Below are positions 47,547 to 57,188 of a stretch of 64,000 nt of DNA, piece by piece. Each line of letters opens with the position of its first letter. Position 1 is the first letter of the stretch. Made by a program: the position numbers and the translations under genes. Under the pieces are notes generated by a model that was not told where the DNA came from, did not search any database, and saw only the letters and a list, made by a program, of their open reading frames with translations. The DNA comes from a candidate division WOR-3 bacterium (GTDB lineage Bacteria; Hydrothermota; Tepidihabitantia; SM23-42; CAYGYG01): contig CBFGIV010000007.1 of assembly GCA_965648915.1 (NCBI GenBank), positions 132 through 64,131 of the forward strand, given 5' to 3'.

Positions 47547-49118
47547 TTATTCAACAATAAGTTTTCCGGTCAGGAATTTATCTTCAGACTGGAGTAGAAC
47601 AAAATACACACCGGGGTTGAGATGATGGGTAATCCTCCACTTATAGAATTGCCCACCCGATACTTTTTTACTCCAGGTCCTGACAATCTGTCCTGAAGGA
47701 TTGCTGATAATAAACTTTATTGTTCCCGAGCGTTGAACATAGTAATTTAAAGAAAAGGTCCGGCTCGAAACTATGCTGGGACAAATCTTTAATTCCCGAT
47801 CTCTGTTCTTAAACTTGTGCGCTTCATCAATTCTGGTTCGATAGGGTACGGCGAGTGAGGCGATCGTCGCCACTGCAGCCCTGATCCCTTCAAAACACAT
47901 CGTATAAGCATTGAAGCCACCACCGATTGAATCACCGGTTGTATGATAATATGGATTGGAGACATTCAGATTCTCCCGGCCTTGAATTGCTGGATAACCA
48001 TAACGGCTGAATGAAGCGTGGTCCGACTGTGCCCTTCGACCGGTCCAGACTTTCTTCTTTAGATTGGTATAGGTATCAGCACAGGCGGCACAGTAATTTG
48101 CCAGCCAGAGATTATTGCGATAAGTCGTATCGTTGATAATCGTCAGAGTATCACGATTGGGTGTAGTGTAGGCAAACATATCATAGTTGATGGCGCCGCG
48201 GATACTATCACCCCGGCTCCGGGCACGCTGGGCATAATAGGCACTACCCAAAAGTCCCTGCTCTTCCCCACAGAAACCAATTAGCCTTATCGTATATTCA
48301 AAGCGATACCGACGCAAAATCCTTGCCGACTCCAGGACCATCGTCACCCCGCTCCCATTATCATCAGCACCTGGTGCAAAGGTCGTTGGCGTCTGCGAGG
48401 TGCAGTCATAATGGCCACAACCAACCACATAAATTCGCGAGGGATAGACCATACCCTTTTTGACTGAAATTATATTTGGCGCATAGGTGGTGGAAAAGGT
48501 CTCGACATAGACCGAATCGAAACCGTAATTGATAAACCTGCTTCTTAACCACTGGGCGCAGGCAAGAGCGCTATCGGTCGAAGAGTAACGGGTCCTAAAA
48601 TTCTGTAGCCTCCGCACCACGCTTAGAATTGTATCCAGAGAGACCAGGTTTGCCATCTCCTGAATCAATGTATCCTTCTCAATGCCTTCAAACCTACTTT
48701 CGCCTTCGGTTATTACCAGTGGGTCAAAAGATATGTGCTTCAATTCTATCTTCAACTTATTAAGTGTAATTAAACCTGATTCATCAAAAAGTCTTATCAG
48801 CAGAAGATTATCTCTTCTTAAAAGAATCCTCGCCACCTTGGAAATTGCATTTAAATCGGTATTATCAGTCGTCCAGACCAGATAATAGTTCTTATCCATA
48901 GGTTGAAAATCAACAATTTCAAAATTAATCCCCTGTCTTTGAAGAAAGGACAGACCCTGATCTCTACTTAAGGCCAGAAGATCTGAGTCAAAATATTCTA
49001 TAGGTACAATATCGACCTTCAGCAAAATTGAGAAATCTTTTTGTGCCCCGGTGTTGATCTTAATCAGGTAATTACCGTAGACGAAAAAGGGTAATAAAGT
49101 TAAAATCACTCCGCGCAT
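47547..49118 (-). CDS. M28 family aminopeptidase with T9SS-like CTD
   Basis: GHYD, PGADDNGSG, GEEQGLLGS, NYDM, SDH, YHT zinc motifs; SD AGGAG before ATG49118. Confidence 0.88.
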   Translation of the reverse strand: MRGVILTLLPFFVYGNYLIKINTGAQKDFSILLKVDIVPIEYFDSDLLALSRDQGLSFLQRQGINFEIVDFQPMDKNYYLVWTTDNTDLNAISKVARILLRRDNLLLIRLFDESGLITLNKLKIELKHISFDPLVITEGESRFEGIEKDTLIQEMANLVSLDTILSVVRRLQNFRTRYSSTDSALACAQWLRSRFINYGFDSVYVETFSTTYAPNIISVKKGMVYPSRIYVVGCGHYDCTSQTPTTFAPGADDNGSGVTMVLESARILRRYRFEYTIRLIGFCGEEQGLLGSAYYAQRARSRGDSIRGAINYDMFAYTTPNRDTLTIINDTTYRNNLWLANYCAACADTYTNLKKKVWTGRRAQSDHASFSRYGYPAIQGRENLNVSNPYYHTTGDSIGGGFNAYTMCFEGIRAAVATIASLAVPYRTRIDEAHKFKNRDRELKICPSIVSSRTFSLNYYVQRSGTIKFIISNPSGQIVRTWSKKVSGGQFYKWRITHHLNPGVYFVLLQSEDKFLTGKLIVE

Positions 49119-49137
49119 ATTATCTTCTCCTGATAAA

Positions 49138-49167
49138 TAAAAAGGGGCAGTCTTAAGACTGCCCCTT
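49138..49167 (-). terminator. intrinsic terminator between the gingipain-like gene and the M28 gene
   Basis: Perfect 26-bp palindrome AAGGGGCAGTCTTAAGACTGCCCCTT followed by a T-rich tract on the minus strand. Confidence 0.7.
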
Positions 49168-49181
49168 ATGTTTGTCAAACC

Positions 49182-51443
49182 TTATCTTGTCAGGACGATC
49201 TTCCGTGTGTATTCTCGGTCGGTCTGGACCTTCACAAAATAGATGCCAGAAGGTAATTGTGTATTCCAATCAATGTGACCAGAACCTTCAACGGTAGTTA
49301 ACCGTGCACCAACCATTCGACCGGTAATATCGAATACCTTTATTGTGAGCCTGGTCCGTTTTGGCACCGCATATACAATCCGGACATTCTTACCAAATGG
49401 TGCAGTCGTAATTGCAATCCGCTCGGTAACTTGAATACCGGGTTTCTCTTCAACTCCCAGTCGGACCGTGCAGGTCCCTTCATAAGGTAGATAACCATGC
49501 AGCGTTGCGGTAACATCCATCGTGCCGGCGGTGGTTGGATTGATTGCGAGGGTGCACCGTCCAGCTGAATTGGTATATGCAGTAGCATAAACTTCGGTCC
49601 CTTTTGATACACAGACCAGAACCCCTGAGAGTGGTCCAGCAACACTGACCGGGAAGTTCTGGGCACCAACATTAATTAGCGTCGGATGGGTAACACTGAG
49701 CCGGGTTGGCGTCGCCGGTCCGGTCCAGATCTCCATCGCCGGATCGCCGAGGAAGATATACATCTTATAGTTCTCACCACCGGTCGATGAACCATGCCTC
49801 ATTACCATATTAGCGCCGGCATAGTTCATAACCCAGGCAATATCCCAGAGCGGTGCTCTCCAGGTTACGCCATTGGCAACAAACCGCATTGTGTCACCAA
49901 GCGCAATAAAGAAGGTCGAATCATAGCAGTGATTGGCATAGGTATAGGAAGGATTGGATGCACCAAGCGAAGCAACTGCCCCACCAGGATATTTATCCAT
50001 CCAGCCCTCTGATAAGCAGGGACTGGAATAATTTATCTGCCCACAATAACAGGCGCAGTTGTGGACTACTGGCGTGAGATCTCCATTATTCAGTCCATTG
50101 ATATGAGAGATCTGCCACTGCTGATTATCCGCACCCCAGGCATCCCAGGCGGTCTGGAGTCCGTGGCCCCGGTAGTTCACAACCACCCTGCCTTCATTTA
50201 TCTTTGCCTGCAAGGCCGCATTGGTATTCCCGGCAATCGCGCCCATCATCGTATCCATCGTATAGCGGTAGTAGTTATATCGATAGTTATAAATCCCGCG
50301 CACACAACCCGAATATTTATCCGGATACAGTTCTTTGTGGGCAACATGGACAACCTTGGTCAACCAACTGTTGGTCGTTGGTGGGTTCTGGATGAATTTT
50401 AATATCTTGTTAATCTGATTGCGTAAGTTCAGCGTATCCTGAACCGAGAGCCGGGAAATACCGCACTCGGCATAAAGATTGGCATCAAAATCACAGTACC
50501 AGATATCTGATGCTGGACATCCCCAGGCTGTGTAGGTGGCAACATCAGCGACATCACCAACCAGCAGGACCCACTTCAGGATTCTGGGATTATTGCTGTT
50601 ATACTCAGCCTGGATTGAATCTTTTATTGCCTGCGGCGTCGGGAAAGATGTTGCCTGAATGACCTTGGTCTTGAAACCCTGTTTATGATGCCAGTCGATC
50701 AATCTTCGGGCAGTATTATAGTATTTGGTCGGACAGAAGACCAGGTAGCGAACCCCGGGTGTAAGAAATTTCTCAACTCTGATCCCTAAACAGTCATAGT
50801 TGCACATAATGCTTCGATACATCGCGGCAAATTCAGGTTCAACTGCCTCAGGGTATCCTTTACCACCGAGATAGGAATAACGAATCACCAGATGGGTATA
50901 GACCGTAAGTTCACCCCTTAAAGGATTGAATTGAATTGGATAGATATCTGTGTTGGCAATATAGACATCGCGCCACTGCCCTTGATTCCAGATATCGACA
51001 GGTTGAGCCGGGAAGAGACGGTCACTGGCATAGGCAATATGGTCAATCTCAAAAGGTAATTCGATATCGAGGTCAGTGAGTGGTCTTTGCGCTGGATAGA
51101 GGTTATAGTCTTTTAAGACAACCTTTTCACTTTCAAGAATAGTCGCAACCACTCTCGCTTCGTTCGGAATACAGATTGCTCTTGGTATTCTGGGGACCTC
51201 AGGCTTACCAACATCCTGACTGGTCATCTCGCCGGGCAGGCGAATAAGATCGTAGTTAACGCCCCGGGCAGTAATGCGATCAACCTCAAAGCCATAGAGA
51301 TTTATCTCAAGCACTGCCTCGGTCTCGTCCGCCCTGATCACCTTAACCTCGGGAGGTGTCGGTGCAGTTACACTCCCCACCGGTACCCAGGCACCAAAGA
51401 GGCCAAACACTCCTATCGTCATTAGCGACAGGCACACCTTCAT
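49182..51443 (-). CDS. C25 family (gingipain-like) cysteine peptidase with propeptide and T9SS-like CTD
   Basis: Propeptide_C25-like N-terminus, VLLVGD, SD.WY, ISRLS, catalytic His NYRGHG and Cys ACYCG, LGDPAM, Ig-like domain, CTD. Confidence 0.88.
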   Translation of the reverse strand: MKVCLSLMTIGVFGLFGAWVPVGSVTAPTPPEVKVIRADETEAVLEINLYGFEVDRITARGVNYDLIRLPGEMTSQDVGKPEVPRIPRAICIPNEARVVATILESEKVVLKDYNLYPAQRPLTDLDIELPFEIDHIAYASDRLFPAQPVDIWNQGQWRDVYIANTDIYPIQFNPLRGELTVYTHLVIRYSYLGGKGYPEAVEPEFAAMYRSIMCNYDCLGIRVEKFLTPGVRYLVFCPTKYYNTARRLIDWHHKQGFKTKVIQATSFPTPQAIKDSIQAEYNSNNPRILKWVLLVGDVADVATYTAWGCPASDIWYCDFDANLYAECGISRLSVQDTLNLRNQINKILKFIQNPPTTNSWLTKVVHVAHKELYPDKYSGCVRGIYNYRYNYYRYTMDTMMGAIAGNTNAALQAKINEGRVVVNYRGHGLQTAWDAWGADNQQWQISHINGLNNGDLTPVVHNCACYCGQINYSSPCLSEGWMDKYPGGAVASLGASNPSYTYANHCYDSTFFIALGDTMRFVANGVTWRAPLWDIAWVMNYAGANMVMRHGSSTGGENYKMYIFLGDPAMEIWTGPATPTRLSVTHPTLINVGAQNFPVSVAGPLSGVLVCVSKGTEVYATAYTNSAGRCTLAINPTTAGTMDVTATLHGYLPYEGTCTVRLGVEEKPGIQVTERIAITTAPFGKNVRIVYAVPKRTRLTIKVFDITGRMVGARLTTVEGSGHIDWNTQLPSGIYFVKVQTDREYTRKIVLTR

Positions 51444-51632
51444 ACAAAACCTCCTTTTGTTTTTTTCTATGTGCGCACATTTTAATTTACTCGGAATACC
51501 TCATCCTCAAAAAAAGATATTATATATTAGTCAAACATATGATTTTGTCAAGTAGAGATTATACTCAATTTTTTCCCTTATTGACATCATCACTCCTCCA
51601 AGATATAATAAGAACCAACAGGAGTTGAACTA

Positions 51633-52523
51633 ATGAAGACAAACCGAGATAAGGTTGTAATGATTTCAATTCAGGGTAAGATTGTAAATCCAGGTAGTTC
51701 AGGCCGGCACGCAGTCGATAAGGCCGGTCAGCCGTTTATGTTACCCGGCACCGGCGGTATCGTCTATAATGTAAAAGTTGGTGATCCAGCCTTTGGCTGG
51801 GCTGGTGACCATATTGAGCCTGGTGTGTCAACGGTCCTCGACGAGAAGAATCGTTATGATCCGACAAATATTGGATATAATTTTTATGCCTGTATCGGTA
51901 ACGAAGCAAGGGTCGTCAGTGGCGATGCTAAAGGCGATAAGGGAGTAGTCACCGGCCATCACGGTGGCGCTGAACATGTCCTTATCGACTTCCCGGACAG
52001 GACCCTCGAGAAATTGACGCTCGATGACCGAATTCTTATAAAAGGTTATGGCCAGGGATTCAAACTCCTTGACTATCCCGATATCTACATCTACAATCTC
52101 GACCCCGGCTTATTTGCAAAGATGGGAATAACCGAAAATAAGTCAAAGAAAGGTATCACCGTTCCCGTTGCCGCCATCGTCCCTGGAGAATTGATGGGTT
52201 CGGGTATCGGTTCGACTTCAATGGGAACCGGCGACTATGATATAATGACCACGGATGAGAAGCTGCTCAAAAAGCACAACTTAGATAAATTAAGGTTTGG
52301 TGACTTTGTTGCGATAATGAATCATGACAATGTCTTTGGTCGTAGTTACTTAAAAGGTGCAGTTACCATTGGCATTGTCATCCATTCTGATTGTCGTTAT
52401 GCAGGGCATGGGCCGGGTGTAACCACCCTGATCTCTTCTAAGAAACCAATTATCTTTCCCAGGATTGACAGAAGAGCAAATATCAGTGACATAATGAAGA
52501 TCGGGAGGAGAAGAAGAAAGTAG
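51633..52523 (+). CDS. DUF4438 family protein
   Basis: PGTGGIVYNVKVGD..DHIEPGVS, GHHGGAEH, GHGPGVT; promoter TTGACA51581/TATAAT51604 and SD AGGAG. Confidence 0.8.
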   Translation: MKTNRDKVVMISIQGKIVNPGSSGRHAVDKAGQPFMLPGTGGIVYNVKVGDPAFGWAGDHIEPGVSTVLDEKNRYDPTNIGYNFYACIGNEARVVSGDAKGDKGVVTGHHGGAEHVLIDFPDRTLEKLTLDDRILIKGYGQGFKLLDYPDIYIYNLDPGLFAKMGITENKSKKGITVPVAAIVPGELMGSGIGSTSMGTGDYDIMTTDEKLLKKHNLDKLRFGDFVAIMNHDNVFGRSYLKGAVTIGIVIHSDCRYAGHGPGVTTLISSKKPIIFPRIDRRANISDIMKIGRRRRK

Positions 52524-52561
52524 AAATTTAATCCTTAAATCCGATCAAAACCTTATCTACT

Positions 52562-53788
52562 GTGATAATCTCCAGGGCAATTCAAGACTATCTTACCCAC
52601 CTCAGACTATTTTCGAAGAATACCCGACTCTTCTTAACCGGTACATTCTTTATGGGGATGGGTTTTTCTGGATTTTATCTGCTCTTCAACCTTTACTTAA
52701 AGGAGATTGGATTTGCCGAGTCAAAGATCGGCACAATCATCTCTCTTTCAACCATCGGGACAATCGCCACCGCAATCCCGGCATCACTCTTCTTAAAAAA
52801 TCGAAGAGTAAAGATGGTCCTGACGATAACAACGCCTCTGACCGTTGGCTTCTCTCTCCTTCAGATTCTTCTACCCCGCTATTTAATCATCATTATTACC
52901 GGCACCTGTGCCGGGATCGCAATGACCTTTTTTCAGGTTGCGGCTGCACCATTTCTGATGCGTTACAGCGGTCCTCAGGAACGGCCCTATCTCTTCAGTC
53001 TTAATTTTGCCCTGTCCCTCCTTGCCGGGATCCTCGGCAGTCTGGTTGGCGGTATATTACCGGAGATCATCAGGCGAACTGGCGTCAATCTCATTCCCGC
53101 TTATCAGATAACCCTGATTATCTTCGGCGGGTTAGTCTTAGTCGCAGTTATTCCCTATCTTTCAATCGAAGAAAAGCAAAATTTAACAAATAACCACGAA
53201 TTAAAGATTGAACAGGATACCAACTGGTCAATCATCATCAAACTCTTTCTTCCAACATTTTTAGTCGGACTTGGTGCAGGCCTTTCGATCCCTTTTATCA
53301 ACCTCTATTTCCGCGACCGATTCCATCTCCACTCGGGCGTAATCGGAACCTATTTTGCCATCAACCAGGGCCTGATGATAACCGGTCTCCTCCTCAGTCC
53401 GCCCCTTGCCCAGCGCTTTGGCAAGATCTCGGTCGTTATCGGTTCCCAGCTCCTCTCTATCCCCTTCCTGATTGCAATGGGTTTGACCTATTATCTTCCC
53501 CTGGCTGTAGTCTCTTTCCTGTTCCGTGCCACTCTGATGAATATGGCCCAGCCCCTGGTAACAAATTTTGCGATGGAGGCAGTGCGCGAAAAGGAACAGG
53601 CACTGACCAATGCTTTACTGGTTATGGCCTGGAGCACCGGCCGGGGTATCAGTGCCAATATCGGTGGAATTTTGATCGAAAGATATTCCTATGGCTTACC
53701 CTTTTTTGTCACCAGCCTCCTCTATCTAATCTCAACGATCTTGTATATCCAGTTCTTCTGGAGGATGGAGCGAATTTCAAAAAAATAG
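52562..53788 (+). CDS. MFS transporter
   Basis: About 12 hydrophobic segments, LFNLYLK, LAQRFGK motif. Confidence 0.88.
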   Translation: MIISRAIQDYLTHLRLFSKNTRLFLTGTFFMGMGFSGFYLLFNLYLKEIGFAESKIGTIISLSTIGTIATAIPASLFLKNRRVKMVLTITTPLTVGFSLLQILLPRYLIIIITGTCAGIAMTFFQVAAAPFLMRYSGPQERPYLFSLNFALSLLAGILGSLVGGILPEIIRRTGVNLIPAYQITLIIFGGLVLVAVIPYLSIEEKQNLTNNHELKIEQDTNWSIIIKLFLPTFLVGLGAGLSIPFINLYFRDRFHLHSGVIGTYFAINQGLMITGLLLSPPLAQRFGKISVVIGSQLLSIPFLIAMGLTYYLPLAVVSFLFRATLMNMAQPLVTNFAMEAVREKEQALTNALLVMAWSTGRGISANIGGILIERYSYGLPFFVTSLLYLISTILYIQFFWRMERISKK

Positions 53789-53875
53789 AATAAAATCCTT
53801 CTTTGCAAATTTTCGCATAATGCAAAAGATTTAATCGAATAAAACCTAATTGCTCCTTAAATATCAAGACTTTTT

Positions 53876-53892
53876 TGGGCATAAATTTTGCA
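53876..53892 (+). promoter_or_regulatory. sigma54-type (-24/-12) promoter of the pilin gene
   Basis: TGGGCATAAATTTTGCA, with GG53878-79, N10 and GC53890-91; upstream TTTGCA-N13-TGCAAA dyad at 53802-53826. Confidence 0.6.
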
Positions 53893-53920
53893 ATGTATGA
53901 CTCCTGGGGAAAAGAGAAAA

Positions 53921-54011
53921 GCCCCGCTGGTAGTATTTGTGCAACCGGCTGGAAACATAAATAATTTCACTTAATCTTGCCAGGTCAAGGGGACAAATTT
54001 ACCAGCGGGGC
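53921..54011 (+). other. long hairpin in the pilin 5' leader
   Basis: GCCCCGCTGGTA (53921-32) / TACCAGCGGGGC (54000-11), extended by ATTTGT/ACAAAT. Confidence 0.6.
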
Positions 54012-54034
54012 CCAAGAGAGACTGGAGGTTACAT

Positions 54035-54595
54035 TTGAATAAGTTAAGTAAGAACAGAGTGGATAAAAAAATATCTTTCGGCTTTACTTTGATTGAGCTG
54101 GTTATCGCCCTTCTTATTCTATCCCTGATTGCAATGATTGCCCTGCCCAACTATTTTGAGATGAAAGAACGGGGCAAACAGGCACTGGTGGTTGAGAATA
54201 TGAAATTGGTCCAGCTTGCAGTCGAGGCTTATGCCGCAGATTTCAACGGTGCCTATCCAACCGGGCCAGAACCTGCACCAGGATTTGCCTATTATTTCCC
54301 GGGAGGGGACGAAGAAGTACAGAAGACACCAGGTAAATATCCAAAGAACCCTTACTATAATATCCCAATGACAAAGAGTGATTTTCTACGTGGCAATTAT
54401 CAAAAGCCTGGTGAAAATCGTGATGAGTCTATTGGCGGACCAAATGATAACTATGTTCCACCTGGCTTTATACGGTATGGTATTTTCCGTATACCACCCG
54501 GACAAAACATCTGTTGCGAATATGGTATAGTTGGTGGTGATGATAATTATAGAAGCATAAGAGTTGGGGGAAAGATTGTTGTGTTACATAACTAA
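54035..54595 (+). CDS. type IV pilin / pseudopilin with class III signal peptide
   Basis: KK..GFTLIELVIALLILSLIAMIALP cleavage/methylation motif; SD GGAGG before TTG. Confidence 0.88.
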   Translation: MNKLSKNRVDKKISFGFTLIELVIALLILSLIAMIALPNYFEMKERGKQALVVENMKLVQLAVEAYAADFNGAYPTGPEPAPGFAYYFPGGDEEVQKTPGKYPKNPYYNIPMTKSDFLRGNYQKPGENRDESIGGPNDNYVPPGFIRYGIFRIPPGQNICCEYGIVGGDDNYRSIRVGGKIVVLHN

Positions 54596-54596
54596 A

Positions 54597-57185
54597 ATGA
54601 AAATCTTAATTTCTATCATAATAGTATGTAAGATTGTGATAAATTATGCTCAAACAAATGATTTTATGGTCAATGAAGAGACCTACCAGGCACATTGGGT
54701 AAAAGATCTGGTATCTGCAAGCAGGGACAATAGTGGCAATTTTGTTTTTGTTTGGTATGACATGAGATCCGGGGCGGGGATTTATGCACAGAGAGTAGGA
54801 AGTGATGGAAATCCAATTGGTGTGAATTTTAAAGTAAATGAAGATAGCATCTTTAATATCGCTGTACGAAGACCTGATGTTGGTTGTGATTCTTCAGGAA
54901 AGTTTGTTGTTATCTATGAGGCAGGGGTCACAATCTATGTCCGAAGATTTTCCCAATCAGGCGCCCCTTTTGGTCCTTCTTTCAGAATTGCGGATACCTG
55001 TCGCTATGGAAATCCAGCAATTGCTGTAAGCCGAAGTGGAAATTTTGTTGTTACCTGGTCAGATACTAACAAAATTATTCAGAAACGAAGAATTTTTGCA
55101 CGGTTGTATGACAAGCATGGTCAACCAATCGATACTACTTTTGAAGTGAGTGACTCGGGCATAACCCCAAATTTCCCGGATATATCTTACGACCGAAATG
55201 GTAATTTTGCTATCATCTGGGCAGATATTGGTACCGGGTCAAAAAATATATACGGCCAGATATTTGATAGTTTAGGTAATAGAATTGGCGCCAATTTTAT
55301 TATTAATGATTCAGGGAGACTTTACTGGACACACAGGAAAGATTTTTCTTTCTGTCATCTAAATAACAACTTTGTCGTAACTTGGAATGGACAAAGAGGA
55401 ACTTCAGGAATCACTGGTTCGGCCCGTTTGTTTTATTTAAATGGTCAACCGATAGGAAGTAGTTTCAGGGTCAATGATACATCAGAACTTGCACATCCGT
55501 CAGTTTCTTCTTACGGAATTGGAAATTTTGTTATTGTTTGGAAAAAACCCAATGGTTCAGGTGACATCTATGGTCAGAAATTTGATAGTCTCGGCAATCG
55601 TATTGGCAATAATTTTATGGTAAACGATACTTCATCAAGGATAACTATGAAAAAACCTGATAAACCAACAGTTATTGGTAATAATGATAGGTTTATCGTT
55701 GCCTGGCGCAGGCGATGCCTCCCTTTCTACCATAATATTGTATTTCAAGTTTATGATCGCAATGGCGTTCCGCAGGGCAACAACAGATTATTAAGTGATG
55801 ATAAAGGTTATGCTTATCAGTTGGGCCCCTCAATTGCTATAGGGCCGGATAAGAGATTTTTTATCACCTGGACTGATACAAGAAACAAGTGGTTGGATGT
55901 CTATGGAAAATTATTTGACAGTCTGGGTAATCCATTAACCGAAGACTTCAAAGTCAACTCCGATACGTTCTTTAACAATAATAACAAATCTTCTTCAATT
56001 GCTGGAAATGGTAGGCGCTTTATTATTATATGGGAGGATGATGCTGATACTTTTAACTATCCCGGATATGCAATATTCGGCCAGCGCTTTGATTTGAATG
56101 GCAATCCACTCGGAGAGCACTTCATTGCCGCATCTGGTCATTTACCTGAAATATCTGCTTCCCTGACGAAAAAATTTGTCTACACTTATTTACGCCCGTT
56201 TCCAAATGTCGGAATCTATACCCGGCGCCTTGACTCTTTGGGCAATATTATAGGCAATGAAATCTCAGTAAGTGATACTTGCGACAATAATGCCTATCCT
56301 TCAGTTACGTGTGGTCCGGATGGCCGATTTGTAGTTTGCTGGAATACATTCAATTATTATATTTATGCTCAGATGTTTGATTCGTCCGGGAATCGTATTG
56401 GTGGCAATTTTATTGTTAATGATACTGCTTTACGGATTTTGCGCAAATCTCCCCAGATTGCCTTTGATCGAACCGGCAATTTTATTGTCGTCTGGGCTGA
56501 CGAGCGAAAGTTTGAACACAGTGTTTATGGCCAGCGGTTTAATGCTGATGGTGTCAGGATTGGTGGTAATTTTCGAGTCAATGACGATGTTATTCAAGCA
56601 TTACGCGCCAGTCCCTCGGTCGTCTGCCGAAATGCACATGAGTTTTTCATCTGCTGGCAGGATGAAAGGATGGGTGGTTCGGATTTGTGGGGACAATATT
56701 ATCTTAACGCTATTCCGGTAGGAAGAAATAGAGTGATAAATCAAAGTATCTTTAATTATTATTGTGAGACTCCGGCACTGGATGCTGATTCAGAAAATAT
56801 CTATATTACTTGGGCGGTGTTGAAACGCTATCCCTACAACTACGATGTCTATGCCAAGGTGATTAGATGGAGCGACCTCGTTCAGGTGGAGGAGAAAAGT
56901 CAATATCGAATTACCGATCAGCGATTCAAGGTCTTTCCCAATCCAGCATACAAAGAGATCAAACTTCAGATCCCGGGTGGAGGGAATAAAGATATTGAAC
57001 TAAAGATCTACGATACCGCAGGCCGGCTGGTAAGAATCTTCTCATTCCCCACCCATCTCTTACCATCCAATATGGTCTGGGATGGTCGGGATAATAGAGG
57101 AAATGATATCGAGAGCGGGGTCTACTTCGTTCAACTCAAGGTTGGCGATCAAACCCACTATCATAAGGTGATACTTATAAAATAA
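54597..57185 (+). CDS. large secreted repeat (beta-propeller) protein with FlgD-Ig/T9SS-like CTD
   Basis: About 13 repeats of F.VN...P.VA.D..GNF...W.D....IYGQ.FD..G..IG; CTD WDGRDNRG..IESGVYF; ATG54597 gives the signal peptide. Confidence 0.78.
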   Translation: MKILISIIIVCKIVINYAQTNDFMVNEETYQAHWVKDLVSASRDNSGNFVFVWYDMRSGAGIYAQRVGSDGNPIGVNFKVNEDSIFNIAVRRPDVGCDSSGKFVVIYEAGVTIYVRRFSQSGAPFGPSFRIADTCRYGNPAIAVSRSGNFVVTWSDTNKIIQKRRIFARLYDKHGQPIDTTFEVSDSGITPNFPDISYDRNGNFAIIWADIGTGSKNIYGQIFDSLGNRIGANFIINDSGRLYWTHRKDFSFCHLNNNFVVTWNGQRGTSGITGSARLFYLNGQPIGSSFRVNDTSELAHPSVSSYGIGNFVIVWKKPNGSGDIYGQKFDSLGNRIGNNFMVNDTSSRITMKKPDKPTVIGNNDRFIVAWRRRCLPFYHNIVFQVYDRNGVPQGNNRLLSDDKGYAYQLGPSIAIGPDKRFFITWTDTRNKWLDVYGKLFDSLGNPLTEDFKVNSDTFFNNNNKSSSIAGNGRRFIIIWEDDADTFNYPGYAIFGQRFDLNGNPLGEHFIAASGHLPEISASLTKKFVYTYLRPFPNVGIYTRRLDSLGNIIGNEISVSDTCDNNAYPSVTCGPDGRFVVCWNTFNYYIYAQMFDSSGNRIGGNFIVNDTALRILRKSPQIAFDRTGNFIVVWADERKFEHSVYGQRFNADGVRIGGNFRVNDDVIQALRASPSVVCRNAHEFFICWQDERMGGSDLWGQYYLNAIPVGRNRVINQSIFNYYCETPALDADSENIYITWAVLKRYPYNYDVYAKVIRWSDLVQVEEKSQYRITDQRFKVFPNPAYKEIKLQIPGGGNKDIELKIYDTAGRLVRIFSFPTHLLPSNMVWDGRDNRGNDIESGVYFVQLKVGDQTHYHKVILIK

Positions 57186-57188
57186 TAA

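Noticed and set aside
53895-54030. Firm call of a c-di-GMP-I/II riboswitch or SRP RNA
   Set aside because: Only short fragments match; the core consensus elements are not in the right order. Kept as an unassigned structure.
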